From: Ophelia neglecta
Taxonomy: Eukaryota
Assembly: GCA_965285935.1 (NCBI GenBank)
Contig: OZ260662.1
Location: 102,300,001-102,364,000 of the forward strand
Length of the DNA: 64,000 nucleotides
Direction of reading: 5' to 3'
Shown here: positions 26,301-41,300 of the stretch, piece after piece
Layout: the number at the start of each line of letters is the position of its first letter
Position numbering within the stretch: position 1 is the stretch's first letter
Made by a program: the position numbers and the translations under genes
The notes under the pieces: model-generated
Database searches by the model: none
What the model saw: the letters and a program-made list of their open reading frames with translations, nothing else
Told to the model about the DNA's origin: nothing

Positions 26301-29300
26301 TCCTATTCAAACCTTATTATTTAACCATGTCAATATGAAGAACATGCATCTATTTGCAATATTAAACAATGTGAGAAGTACTTGACATAAAATTAGCAAA
26401 TATTATACATGATTATTTTTAAAACATCATCAACAAGGAGGTTGCAAATGTATGATGTGATAGGTTTAAAAATTTTATAATTAAACAAATGCTACAGAAA
26501 AAAAGCAGCATTTTTGTGTATTTGAGAAAAAACTGTCTAACGAATATCAGAGAAAGGGCCTGTTAATGATCGTTGGTATAGTTTAGACCTTCTCATATGT
26601 GATTCATCTCAGGATTTATTTTTCAGGGGAAAGCATCTTCTACCACTAGACTGTAACTATTGCTGATATGTTCATGTACAGTAAACCATGTTAAATGAGA
26701 CCACCCAAGGGTGTGGAAAATACTGGTCTGATTTGGGAGATGGTCTGATTAAGCCAGGTTATTTAACATTGCAAGTGAACAGTATGGTCTTCATAATTAT
26801 TAGATGTCTTAATAGGCAGGTGGTCCATATATAGAGGTGGTCTTTAAGGCAGGTTTCACTGTTACAGTATATCCTGTACATGCATGCATGCCTTGCTGCT
26901 TGGATACCATGATCAGATGGCAGGCAATTTATTGATTCTTTTATCCATCTTCCTCCATAAAAATCTGTCTCCTTGCTGATAAGAATTGAAAAGACGTGTC
27001 ATCCTAAGGAATTAGAAATGTGCATGCCATTCACCATTATTGAGCGGGATATCATCAGTAAAATCCTCCAGTTTGTGCAAATCTTCAGCATTTATTGACA
27101 AATGAAGTACCCTTTAAACATATTGCTTTGAATGGATTGCCTAACGGGTGAGTAAAACCAAATTGATGGGAAATGAACGGTTAAGGGATTACAGTAACCC
27201 AATACTTCGATCAGGTGTAAAAGAAATATATGAATAACAAATGGTTTATGTAAGTCTACAGGCAATGAAAAGTTAACTCCATTCAGGGGTACTGAGGATT
27301 GATGTCTGTGGGACTGCAGATGACAGGGAACCAAGAAATGATGTTTGTCGGCCTGCAGATGACAGGGAACTGAGGGTTGACGTTTAAGAGCCTGCAGATG
27401 ACAGGGAACTGAGGGTTGACGTTTAAGAGCCTGCAGATGACAGGGAACTGAGGGTTGACGTTTAAGAGCCTGCAGATGACAGGGAACTGAGGGTTGACGT
27501 TTAAGAGCCTTCATATGACACAGAACTTAGAACTGATGTCTTTGGTTCTGAAGATGATTGGGAACTGGTGATTGATGTTTGTAGGCCTGCAGATGACAGG
27601 GAACCGAGGATTAATTTTTATGAGCCTGCACATATTAGTAACCTGAGGACTGATGTATGTGTTCCTGTAGTTGACAGGGAACCGAGAATTGATGTTTGTG
27701 GGCCTGTAGATGGCAGGGAACTTTAGGATTGATTTTTGTGGGCCTGCAGATGACAGAGAACCGAGGATTGATTTTTGTGGGCTTGAAGCTGACAGGAAAC
27801 TGGGGATTGATGTTTTTGGGCCTGCGGATGACTGATGTTTCCTCAGGCTTAGATATAAGGTACTAAAAAGAACTATCCCTGCAGGATAGTTTACATCTGG
27901 AAGTTACTAGTTCTCCTAAGTAGTGATTGGCTCTGATACAAATGGTAGCCTTGGTATAGCTTGGGATTTAGAACTGTGAGCTCCAGAAGTACTAGTATTT
28001 CTTTATGCTCATTTACTGCCATTATAAGGATGTTAGAAGACATAAGCCTATGAGTTTAACTTGATTGGAGTGATAAAAAGAATAATTTACAGGGCATATT
28101 ACACCAAATTGCTATTTTTACTGGGTAAAAAAATTGGCCCACCAAGCCAGTAACCTTGTGAGTCAGGGGCCCTTTTAGCCTGTTTTTCCATTGACCATCA
28201 TTAAGTTTAGGACAAAAATGAGTTAAGACTTAATAAGGTCTCCAGAATCCAAGCCCAGGTGGTCCCCCCGTTAATCTATTTTTTTCATCTCTTTTTAATT
28301 CTCCGGTTCCTGAATAAGTTAATGAATATTTCTTCATTACTGATTTAGCATTGTTCTTGGGTATCGTTTCCCTTTTTTTCAGAGAAGCTGATCTAACTAC
28401 ATTTGTATTGTCCTGTGTATGAAGGCTGGCCATCTTATTATTTGTCACAAGTCTTTACAATGTGTTAATAATCTGTTTGCCAGTAGAACAATTAAGAAGG
28501 TAATTTTTCAAAATAAGGGCTAATACAGTGATTTATATTGTAATAATCTCATCACCACATGCATTAAATTATTTAAAATCTGCAATTTTTAAAAGAGAAC
28601 ATACATACATCTAAGTGTCTGATATGTGTAGGTTTTTGTTCACAGCAGCCAATGTCTCTTGCTACATAGTGCATGTGTTATGATTGATGAGTCTGTAGGA
28701 AGAGGTTAATGTATGCTCCTACTCCTGTGTGGATCAGGTCCCATGTGGTGGTCGACTGCATACATGTTTTATATACTGTGTGCCGGACAGATCCTACTAG
28801 TAGAACAGTCTAGTGCCTTATGAAGATGAGCAGCCTTGATCCCTTGGCCCTTCTAAACATCATGCAGCTGTTTTAAAAGGCCCTAAAGGTGACAAGCAGC
28901 AGAGAATAATAACCCCCACTTGCCACACTCTCAGGAAATGGTTGCCTTTTTAAGAATAACAAGCTATAATGTACAAACCTTAGCAACATTATTCATTCTA
29001 AGCTAAGATACTGCGAACTAGAAGTTTTTCATAACCTGTAAATTTTGCAATTTTTTACTTTATTGAAAACTTCCTGTTACTGAAAATTTTCTGTATGCCC
29101 ATACTCTGTGTAGCCCTTCTTGACATAGGAAATATTTGTGCGTGGCTTGAAATTATTGTATTTGCAGGTTTTTAATTTTGTGGCAAAAATCGCAACTTTT
29201 AATTTGCAGCGTTTTTCGTGAAATTCGCATATTTAAACCTGTGCGATCATTATTACCGTTACAGTAGTATAAGGTTTTAATATGGACTGCGAAATTGTCC

Positions 29301-32300
29301 TGCTTATAACATTTAATGGCTTACAGTATTTCCTAAGATGTAATACATGCTCGTATTAATCAGACTATCTTGGTATATGCCTTATTGATGTTCATGTTTG
29401 GTTAGATATTTTTGTCTTTAGGCCATGATTTTGGTGTGTCCATCCTAATGTTTACTGACAGAAATCCTGTTATGAAAACTGCCAGGTTGCTCTTTTTGCT
29501 ATATGAGTGATACTGGTTTCTTGGGGCATCAATAAAATATGGCTGGAGCTACACTTATGCCAAGGTTTTATTTTCTGGTACACTGACAGTTTTTGTCGAC
29601 AACTGTTTCATTTAAGATGCATCTGTTGCTTTCTTGTTAATCACTTCTTTTTTTTCCTAATTGATGAGTGCAACATGTTGATCAATGTGGTTCATTGGAC
29701 TTCCTGTTGCCCACTCCCGAGAGGGTCTATGCCTTGTAAGATAGTTTCCTGGTACAGATTATGCACATACAATTGCTGGCTGCTTGATCTGATGGCTGGC
29801 ACTTTATTGATCGCCGTTACCCTGTAATTTCCACATTATGCCTCCTCAGCAATCTGGCTTTCTGCTGATAAGAATGAAGTACGCGGAGGCGACATCGCCT
29901 GAAATGAGCTTTTTAAATGTCATTCTCTGAATATTGGTAATTACCTGGCCAATGAGATTGCTTAACATAGACATGATTGCCAGGTTCGTTGCCAAATGAA
30001 GAATTGTGTGCAGACAGCCTGCCTTCAGGCATGAGCTAAAACCTCCATTACTATTAGTGCTCACAGTCAAAACTCAGGCAGAGAGGCTGTTCCCCCCTGG
30101 CAACTCCCAGAAAGGTCTTCGATTGTTCTCTACCCCAAGGTCACAGCGTTTAAGTCCCAGCCAAGGACATGTGGAGTGGCCAGACTCTGATTTATATCGT
30201 GGACATTCATATGCATGTTCATACCTCGTTATGTTTCCTCATTGGAATGTATTGAAAAATAAGGTCACATATCTAACTTCCTTGAAGAGGAACATAGGAA
30301 CATAAGTAGTTTCAACCCTATGTACATAGGAAGTTTTAACCCTTTGCCTTCATATAATTCTGTAGCTAGTAGTAGTTCACTACTGCAAGTAATGGTATCC
30401 AGGAGGCTAAGGTTTTACTACTGCAAGTAATCATATTAACAATGATATGAGGATGGAAATATAATGAAAATATCATGATTGTTCTCTTTCAATTGTCACC
30501 GATGACAGGCAGTGCCTGATGATATGGACTGATTTAATAAAATTTTCTTGATTGTCAACTTGGATTTGTCTGATGGGAATCCAATCCAGTTTTCGATGAA
30601 TGCATTCTTTGTTTAATAAACAATGGAGAATGTTGTTGTTGTTGTTGTTCGGGGTTTTTACGTGGCTTTCAACACTTATCAGTCATATCGCCACGGTGCC
30701 TACTTGTGACAGTGGGCTCAATGCCCTCTTTAGAGTGCTGCCTCACTGGAGTACCTGCCATAGACACCAGACAGGGAACCCCACCCAGTCACTTTATACT
30801 GACACCGGGTTGACCAGTCCTGATACTACCCCCGAAATACTGGAGGCCTGGCAGGGGAGCTATCAGTACCTATTTTTATGTCTTAGGTTTGACGCGATCG
30901 AGCTTCGAACCCCGATCTCCCACTTGCGAGGCGGATGCCCTAACCACTCGGCCACACTTTGGTGAATGGAGAATGGCTATAACATTAATGCTTAAACCAA
31001 TTCAATATGTGTGAAGATATCCAGCAATCTTTTATTATTAATAAAATAATATTAATAAATTGGTTCAATGGAAAGACAAAGTTATTTGTTGAATTGAGTG
31101 CATTCATGTGATTCAGAGATGAGGAGATTGAAGGCATAGTTTGAAAGCATTTAAATATGGACATGTTCTAGTCTAGGTGCATCAGATATTCAGAAGAAAG
31201 ATTTTGTTTTTGCCAATTGTGCGATCATAGGGTAGTTCACAATAATTTCCTGTATTTGTTACTCTTTAACACTCTTCTGTTTATTTGTTTTTCCTGTTCT
31301 TATAGTGTCCCATTGTCCTTTACCTTTTGCTTGTGTATGTTATATAAGTTATTTTCTGTTTCACTTATGTGTATGATGTCATTGCTAACTTTATATATTG
31401 CTTGTTTCAATCCTCACCTCTATTATTTATTTATTTAAGAAGCCAAGATTTATTTAACTGTCTAAAATTGTAAGTGGGTGGCTCCCACAAGAACGAATTT
31501 ACCTGTTCATGGTGGGGGTCTCCCTTGACCATTTCTCTATGTGTGACTTTAAATATGTGTTAATTTTCTGTTTATTATATTTTAAATAATTGTACATATT
31601 GGACTTGGTTATAGATAAATAAAAATTCATTCATTCATTCATTCATTCATTCATACTGCAAGTAATCGTATCCAGGAGGCTAAGGTTTTACTACTGCAAG
31701 TAATCGTATTAACAATGATGTGAGGATGGAAATGTTATGAAAATATCATGATTGTTTTCTTTCAATTGTCACCGATGACAAGCAGTGCCTGATGATATGG
31801 ACTGATTTAATAATTTTTTCTTGATTGTCAACTTGGATTTGTATGCTGGGCATCCAATCCAGTTTTCGATGAATGCATCCTTTGTTTTATAAACTATGGA
31901 GAGTGGCTATAACATTAGTGCTACAACCAATTCAATATGTGTGAAGATATCCAGCAATCTTTTATTATTAATAACATAATATTAATAAATTGGTTCAATG
32001 GAAAGACAAAGTTATTTGTTGAATTGAGTGCATTCATGTCATTCAGAGATGAGGAGATTGAAGGCATAGTTTGAAAGCATTTAAATATGGACATGTTCTA
32101 GTCTAGGTGCATCAGATATTCAGAAGAAAGATTTTGTTTTTGCCGATTGTGCGATCATAGGGTAGTTCACAATAATTTCCTATATTTGTTACTCTTTAAC
32201 ACTTTTGATGTATGTAAAGTGCTTAAAGCCATATCCAATCACTTACTGCTTGTTTGAAAATATGCTTCATCTGTTAAAAAGAGCCATCCAGAATGTCAGA

Positions 32301-35300
32301 CAATATTGCATGGCAGTTAACATTTGAAGAAGTAAAAATAATTTGTTAAATTTTACAAACTTATTCCAAATGGCTTCCTTGAAAGAATACCACCTATAAA
32401 TTAACGAATTGTGAAATGCATTTGCGTAAAGCAGAGTGTGCCATTTACACGTCAGGACAAATAGCCTGAAATAAAGCCAGACTAGGTAGGATTGACTCAG
32501 CACTTTTTAATGTACAACCTTTTGTTTTATTTCTGTGTTAAGGCATGCTGGATATCATATTGGATTGTATTCATCCACCAACTGCAAGAGACAACTAACA
32601 GCTGATAGAGAGGAGCAAACAAAGACATCAGTCATGCATTTACCATCTTTAGAATGGATAAAAATTTATTACATATAATAATGTAATTGTCCATGATGTG
32701 CATGTTTCTTCCAAGAGACTCCTTGTCCCGATATGACCTCTCAAGTGTTGAAAGGGACGTTAAAACCCATACATTTAACATTTAATCCATGATGTGCAGA
32801 CAGGTATAGTAGTATTCTATGTCGTGTCCTCCTGTGTGAGGTGCCATTGCATTTCCTTGTAAGTAGTATTGTAAGAATTCTTCTTGGGATGGTGGTGTTT
32901 GTAGTAGGCCTGATCAGCCTGAGAACCCAGAGTCTGCAGCATCTTACACTCAGACTTAACTTAACTTAAGGCAGGAGTTCCTGCAGTAGGTGTGAATCCT
33001 AGCTGTGGAGGACCTGCCAATGTACTCTTTATGGCAGTACGAAAAGCTATTCCTACCATGTTGAGGGGATCATATTGAAAATGGTAGGCACTTATGTTAA
33101 CATGCATCTAGAGAATGCAGTAATGTTGATATTATAGCAAGGGCACTTATGGAATGTAAATTAAAGTAGGATGTTATTCTGTATAGGGACATGAGCTAAA
33201 AGCCTGGTTACTCACTTCCGCTGCCACCACCTGAGCTGTTACTCTGTCTGTTTGCTGATAGAGGGTCGCTAAGTATTTTTGAGCCTAAACTCCTGATCAT
33301 TTTAAACATTGCAGCTGCTACACCTAAGGCTTAAGAGTTCAAATTAGTAGAATGCCATTAAAGTGTCATTTAATAATATTTTCCTCTTGGTAATTAATTA
33401 GCAGTGACGGTAGTGCAATGTCTAGATATAACTGTTGTGTTTTCTGTGTATATAGAATTCAATTACATTTGGTTTGGTCTTCTTGCTGGCTGTGATTCTG
33501 GCAGCACCGGCATTAACTACCTGTCATTTTTCAGGCCATATGAGCCCTGTATTAGTGTATTTAGGTTCATGCAATATTTTGTATGTGCATGGTAATATAC
33601 AGCTAAGATGAATTTATTGTTGACATGCCTAAAACAATATTAAACCATTGACATTTATGTTAAAAATCCGGCTTAGGCCAAAGGCAGTAAATGCCCTTAG
33701 TTACAGAACCCTTAACTCAAGAATGCTAGGAACAGCCTGGTAGATGATTGTATAGTATGATGATAAAATAACAAAAAAAACAGCCCCCTTTGTTTCAATA
33801 TTGCCTGTTTTAAAGTACAAGGAAGTGCAAGGAAAATAATGGTGACTTTGAATTAGCCAAGATTTTTGTAAAGCGAGAAAGGCCAAAATCATACCTGAAC
33901 ACCAAATTTGGTGATCACAAAAATCCTATTTAATCCATACGAGTTCACAAGGACATTCAACTGAAGGCCAGTACACTTCTATGGCCTGGCACATAATAGT
34001 GAATAAGCCAGAAATACTGTGGAAAACGTTGGAATTTATACATAAATTATGAATCACTTGCGATGAAAGTAGTCAACAGTTTTTATTTATTTATTTTATG
34101 TCGGTAGCAACTAAATGTTTAGTCAAAATCCATCCGGATGGAAACATCTGGCAAAAAGAGTGCAAACAGCTGGAAGTGGCTGGAAAAACAGCTGGGATTA
34201 GAGGGGCGAGTGGCTGGAAACAGATGGGCCAGCTGCCAGGAGTAGACAGCCAAGTGGCTGGGAGAGGCCGAGAATGTGAAGACAAACAGCTAGCAAATGG
34301 AGGGGCATCAGAGTGGAATGGCTGTTTTGTGGCCGAACTTTGAGATGCCACTCACTGTTTTCCCATGTTTTTCATGATGTGAGTCAGATGAAGGTTTATT
34401 AACTTTTTCAAGATTTTCTAATGTGTTGACTATGACTTGGAACTGATATAAACAGATTAAATATTGTGTTGATCAAGAATTCGGCCTAAACATGCTTCTC
34501 TGGGTATTTTTGAGAGTGCTTAGTTTTCATTGACTTCTATTGTCATAATTGTGCAAAGTATGCATGCCGCATATACTGTATTCTACTAGGAAATCAAATA
34601 CAAGGTTGACCTTGCACTGGCCGGGTGGCTAGGGTGTCCGCTTCGAAAGTGGTAGATCGGGGTTCAAATCCAGAACGCGTCAAACCCAAGACGTTAACAT
34701 AGGTACTGATAGCGCCCCTGCCAGGCGCTCAGTTTTCAGGGGTAGTATCAGGACTGGTCAACCCGGTGTCAGTATAATGTGACTGGGTGGGGTTCCCCAT
34801 CTGGTGTCTAAGGCAGGTACTCGAGTGAGGCAGCACTCTTAAGAGGGCATTGAGCCCACTGTCACGAGTAGGCACCCTGGCAATATGACCATATAAATAT
34901 TGAAAGCCACGTAAACCACAAACAACCAACCAACCTTGCACACAACACTGGTTATTCAGATAATTGAGAGGATTTATGAAACACAAGGAGGATGTGTTCA
35001 TTAATTCAGTCAGGTTATTCTTGACAGGGAGTCTTCTTGGTTGAGGGAACTTGGTACAACCTGCCAGACTTCATAAAAGATTTTCAATCACTGGTCTATT
35101 GATGTCATCCATATCACTGGTCAAAGTCTTTATTCACTAGTTAAGCATCAAGACCACAGTTTTTTTTACTGTGAAGTTGTAGTATGATGTGCCCAGCGTG
35201 TATATATAAACCAAAGTAGGATTGGCCAAATCCCATCATTGCTATGCCATTGTGATTAAAGAGCCAATCAGATGCCATGGTGCACTCGGCATCATCCATA

Positions 35301-38300
35301 TGGAAAAAATAGCATCATTTCTTTTTCTGAACTAGAAATTGATATCTCAACATCGGTATGGCGGCCTTAATGCTGCAGTTATATCCTTCATAGAAGAAAT
35401 GATGATGTAGCCACATTTCATTATCTGTATGCTTGGTTTAGGACCCCAGCATACATAGAAGGCCCAGCCATGTGTTTCCTTACTATTTGATGAGATTTAT
35501 CATTGCCTGGTTCTATTACATTTCCTGGCTTAGCAGGGATATGTCACAACTTACATATAATCACATGCCATGATCAATGGTGATCACATGATCAATGGTA
35601 ATCACAGGATCAGTGGGGTATTTTCCTTATCCCTAAGAATAAATCCATTCAAGTTTGCTCTAAACAGCAGCAACAGACCCAATTTAAATTCCAATTTTCC
35701 TTGATACTCTTGTTGTTTTATGACTGGCATCAAACTGCTGTCAAGTGCAGCCTGTGTTTGACATGTCAGATGATACATTTGAAAAATGTTGTTCCTTAAA
35801 AATGTTCATGTTCCATGTAATTTATTCTCAGGTTATTTAGACAATTTTCCCTAGCATGAAAATACTGATTTTTATTTCCTTCTGTTTTTATGCAGGAATA
35901 ATGTTGGCAATCTCCATATTTTTATCAGCAGTTAAACTTGCCTGAGAGGCAGTTTTGCTTATCATTCATGGTTTCCTGACTTGCTGATCCTGGTATCAGC
36001 ATACCAATCTTAGCCTGTCCTCTTATCACTAAATCATTGCCAAGTCCTATCGGAAACGCATTCGTCAATCTTTGTAATGCATGGAACCAACGCTTATTTC
36101 CATACTGTGTTTAAATTTTATTGCTGCATGTCCCCCCCCCCCTCTCTCCCTCCACCAGCTTGACAATTTCTAGATCAACCTTTATATTACGTGCTGTGGC
36201 ATGTTGCCTATCCGCTTTGATGATAGGAGACAAGTATAGCTAGTAATCCTGCAGTGCCAGTGATGTTGGGAGTAAAACTCTGAATAATTATCTTGTTGAT
36301 GCAGACCAATGTTTTCCCAGTGCATTACCTTAGAAAATGTCTACTTCTGACAAATTTTATTAATTTTGTTTATCAAAAGATGCTACTTTTAAAGCTGCTG
36401 TAATACATTTGGAACATTGACTACTAGTATTTATAATCCTAAATCCTGTGACTCTAATTTTGTAAAAAACCCACATCAATATTAAATAGTTTGATATCAT
36501 TTCATGAAACATCAGAGAACCGTACTTGTCTGGAACATTAAGGACAATATTCTTAATTTAGGGGGAAAGCACCTATTTCAGAACCAATTTAGATAAACTA
36601 AACAGCTACCAAGAAAACTCCCAAAAAATGGAGCGGATAATTTTTATATGTCTGGCCATACAGCCAACAAATCTCTCCATCTCTTGTATCTCGGCTAATA
36701 TCACTGTGTTGGAAGGCTTCCCATATTATACTCCTTGAAAATCATTGAAATGCAATCAGGATAGAGGAAAACAAACCTCTACATGAATTGCTCAGGAAAC
36801 ATTCATTAAATTCTCATACCACACACTACTGATGAAATTCGGATTGTAATTGATATAAGATTCCTATGGTGAAGCATGTGAACTGGTCCCCGTGCCTGCT
36901 TGGCTGTTGAATGTCTTGCTGGGGGATCTGCTTGCCTCAATCACCAAATTTCCAATTCATCTTAAGTGGCTGATTATATGTTGCAGAATTTTAAACAAGT
37001 GGTAGTAGAGCCACTGCTCATAAAATTCAGTTTGATTGAAGAAAATTTGTGAACTTATCAAAACTTATCTTGCCAAATCATGAATGCGGATTATTATTAA
37101 TGCCTTGATTACATCCAAGGTAGACATGTTTTATCGAATTAATATCATATAACCACATACCTGGAGATTGTAAGAGGCCTAGGCACACACTGATGGATGA
37201 CACACTTTTTTATACAGATTAACAGATAAACAATGAAGCACATAGTGCTGTTTGACATCACGATGAACCAGATGCCACAAGCCCATATTCAAGGCATTGA
37301 AGCTACTTGTTCCCATATCTGTTTTATAAGTATTACTGGCTTAGTGACCATCTTTGCATTATAGTTTATTGAGGTACGTTTTTTAAATATTTTTATATTT
37401 TTCATTCGAAAATGAAGCAACATTCATAGCAAAATCATCTACAGTATCAGTCTTTTATAATCCAACCCTTATGCATCCATCCCCAATTTGTACTGGATAT
37501 CAATTGGTTTGGGTAGGGTTAACATGAAAATGTACAATTTCCCATAGGTTTTGTTTCGGAGATGACACCAACATCCTGACAGTGTGCTTTTAAGTGACTA
37601 TATCTAAAGTGACTATTTCTAAATGTAAATGTTTTATGATGTGAAAACATGAGGTATGTCATGAGATGTTCCTATTTCATTAACTAATCATCTTTGATTG
37701 ATAACTCTTTTTAGGATCTGTTTATGGGAGTATGCTGATATGCAGTGCATATTCTATTGTAATTGACCATGCCCAAATCTAAACCCAGGACAATCGTTCG
37801 AGGGTTTGTACCTCTGTTCACATATTATGTATACTAGACAGGTTTAAACCAGCTAAGCTAGTAACTCATATATGATCCACTAGGCAAACCCGTTTATGCT
37901 TGTCCACTCACCAACGACCAGACACTAATTTTTGCCAATGGCCTTATTAAGGTCTGCCCCATAGACACCAATTATGTTCGTATAAGTTCCTAGAGTGATG
38001 TGTGGCTTCGATGGCTGACAGGTTCATGACACATGCTCACATTACTGGTCAGCACTAAGCACGGTAGACCACTGCCAATTTCCAACCACGTCTAGTGTGG
38101 CCTGCTAAATTCCCTAAGGGAGTGCACTTATCTCTACCCTTCCCATTTGACATGCAGACATGGTGCCCCTTTATACAGCTCATTTGACCTTATTGGTGGG
38201 ATTTTCATATTTGTTGCCACGGTAGAAGAATAGAAACTGTAGAAGTGATAGATATATATACTTTCCACACAATGGACTTGTAATAGTGAAATTCTGATCA

Positions 38301-41300
38301 TATATGATTCTGTCAAAATTGTTTGATCGGCCAGTCCTTTTACAGGCCCAATTTACATTAATTTCTATGTCTATGGTTTGATTCGTTATGCCGATCTTGG
38401 ATGTTGTTGTACAACGTCATTTGGCATATGATACTTCAAAGTGAGTTCTGAACTTTGAATGTCATTACCTTGTCCTTTCCTCCATCCCATAATTTGAACC
38501 TTGTTGCCTCAGAAGGGAAGTGGTCTGGATACCCGGCAGACATCGGTTTGTAAAAAATAAGGAACCGTCAGCTGCTTGCCTGCACAGATCATTACCCAGC
38601 TGCTTAACTGTAAATTAGCATGCAATGGAATTAAGAAACAAAAAAAAAATCAGAATTAGTCAACAGTCCTGGGCACCCTGATTATAATCTTTCCTTTCAG
38701 TCTGGTCGTTTTTGATTCTTCATAGGCTAATAAGGAGCCAAGTGGTTGTATAAGAAACACCAAAAAAGGATACCATACTAATAAACCCACATTCGAAGAC
38801 TCAATGAGAAAGTTGAAACCATTTATGAAAAATAATAGTATTGAATACCTGGCTAACAAACCACACTCAGTATTCAAGAATAGTGCATAAAATCAGGAAG
38901 TCATCTGGAAGCAGCAGCCAAAAGCCCACACTCATGAAATAAAGCAATCCCCGGCTACCAAGCAGTAAATTAACACTCAAAAACAAAAAATTCTCATCAC
39001 TGTAATGGGAAGTAGTATACAACTTTCCATGATATGAGTCTGATCACCAAACAAACGAGTGAGTGGTCAGTGTTGGACAGAAAATGAAATATGCCCAAAG
39101 AGAGGTATTGACGTTAATATGCTTTCGCAGTACCACATGTTTCCAAGGTTATCCACTCCCTTTTCGTTTTACTTTGTTTTATGACCTTGGAGAGAATTTC
39201 CAATGCCCTGGACAGAACCTAGGCACAAAAATAAACACTGTGAACAACAAAGCAAAACATAAAGTGTCCGCAATCACTAAGAGGTATGGAAGAGTTGGTC
39301 TGTAGTCAAGTGTCCATCAGAAGAAGGGATTCTTGGTAATAAGTGAAGCCAAAAGTTGGCAAATTCATTTCCCGGATGTGGTATATAGGGATTGTCTAGG
39401 AATGAGGGCATCCATCATACCCAGACGCGAACTAACCCTTAGAGCACTGACGGTCATGACCTGTTAAAATGTCCTGGTTTTCAAATCAGTATGCATAAGG
39501 CATATTTAAGGCAGGTTTAACTATCCGTTTTATGATATCATTTTCACGTCAAAGTCAGTTGTGCCACATTTTTAGAGACACTTAGATGTGTTTAAAGTGG
39601 CTTTGCCAGTTTAACACCATCTCTGCTATATTTGTTTGTGTTTGTGATGGTTAGAGGTCCCTGCCTTTGCTTTGTTTTGGCGTAATGTCGATCATACAGT
39701 TTCTTCGATTTGCTGCAAATGAATTATTATGGATTTCTGACAGAATAAATAGTGTCGAATAATGCAATATGACTCGTTTGCCATACATCCATTATTTGGT
39801 TTGCTTGGCATTTATCAGATATAGAAGCTATAAAATTGACCTGGATAATAAGGAGATGTATTGCAGATTACTGCTAAGGAGCTGGAGATTGATGTATTGA
39901 TGTTTGTGGGGCGGTGGCTGCTGGTATCTGGTGCTTTTGGACCGACTTTATCATAGGCTGCCATTGTGAAATGATCAGGTGTGAATCACGCAGTTGTGAC
40001 CGTGTAGGCCTGTCTATAGTGAACAAAGATTTATCGACCAATTACCGGACTATTCTAGATTAATGAGTTGGCTTTGTCTGCCTAGTATCCACAACAGTTT
40101 TTGGCCTATTATGCTACCATTAACATTTCCAGTTATGTGAATTAGGAAAAGCATTAGTTGGGAAATTAAAATGACATGAAATTGCAAGTAATAATTAGAA
40201 TTATTATCAGAGAAGAACAACATACTATCTCTAGCCACTGTTTTCTTTTCGAATTTGGCCTAGAAGCTAGTGAGGCAGTTTTTTTTCAGCTATTATTTCA
40301 TCAGTGAGAATTAAACCCTTGCCTGCTAGTCTCTCCTACAATCCAAACACTAGGTACCCCTTGCAAACGGCAGTTCTAATTTTTGTTAGAGATGCGAAGT
40401 GGAATAATTTGTATGTTTGGGAAAATTGCTCATGACTGGTTTTACTTGATGCCGGGAAATCGGCTTTTATATTGAAATGGCACTAGCCAAAAATTCCTCC
40501 ATTTGCAAACCTTAAAATAAGCTTAAAGATTGCAGCGGCAGCCAAGTGTGGGTGGTGTGTGCAGTGAAGCATGGCCAGCCAGTGCAGCATTGTGTACAGT
40601 GAAGCATGACCAATTAATTAGAGATCACACAGCAAACAACAAGCACCTGTGGCGATTACACCTGTTCACACAATTTGTGTCTGTAAAGTTTGATGGTAAT
40701 TTATTCTTTTTCTCCTTTTTTTAAAATAGTAAAATGTGGTTTTGCAGTTTTATATGTAAGGCTTTAGCTGTTTCGTTTGACACACAGTTTTAAATTGTTA
40801 AGAGGTCCCAGTCAGCTGCCAATAATGTTTTTCCACACACAACACGGTAATGCGTTGTTCAAATGCATAATTTATAACTACAAAAGCACATTGTTGACTT
40901 TATGATGAAAGCCTAACATAAAAAATTATAACAATGAAAGGCATTTTCAAAACGGTTCTGTATGACATCTTAAGTGTAATCTCCAAGGTAGTGTAATCTG
41001 TCAGGTATGTTTCATGACCTTCAGGGTCGACTGTTAAGGGTCTTTAATTGCAGACGTCTGCCATTTCAGGACATCCCAAAGGTGCTATTTCGTTCTCAAG
41101 TTGAGTTCCTTTCAAACGTCTGATAGCCATATAAAACGTGATGTGGCTTTTGGAACCAGCATTTGCACTTATATTAGTGGTAGCAAACATTGTTCAGAAT
41201 GATAAAACATTGGGATGTATTTATTTATCTTGTCTTCGAATCTTTAAATGTAGGAAGGAACTGTAAATGTATGTTCTTTTGAGTGTGTTTGGCATACTGA

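Larger units (their letters stand above)
30381..32203. repeat. 550-bp direct duplication (30381-31273 including SINE; 31654-32203)
   Basis: Near-identical arms, both exactly 550 bp after removing the SINE and one TSD. Confidence 0.93.

Noticed and set aside
27092-27514. 140-aa repetitive ORF (also the ORFs at 21424-21958 and 23603-23830)
   Set aside because: By-products of tandem repeats, mostly with unit lengths divisible by 3; no splice or promoter support
40476-40500. AATGGCACTAG resembling miR-96/183 family seeds
   Set aside because: Only a short match with no precursor hairpin; no conserved miRNA, tRNA or snoRNA was recognised by eye in the large introns
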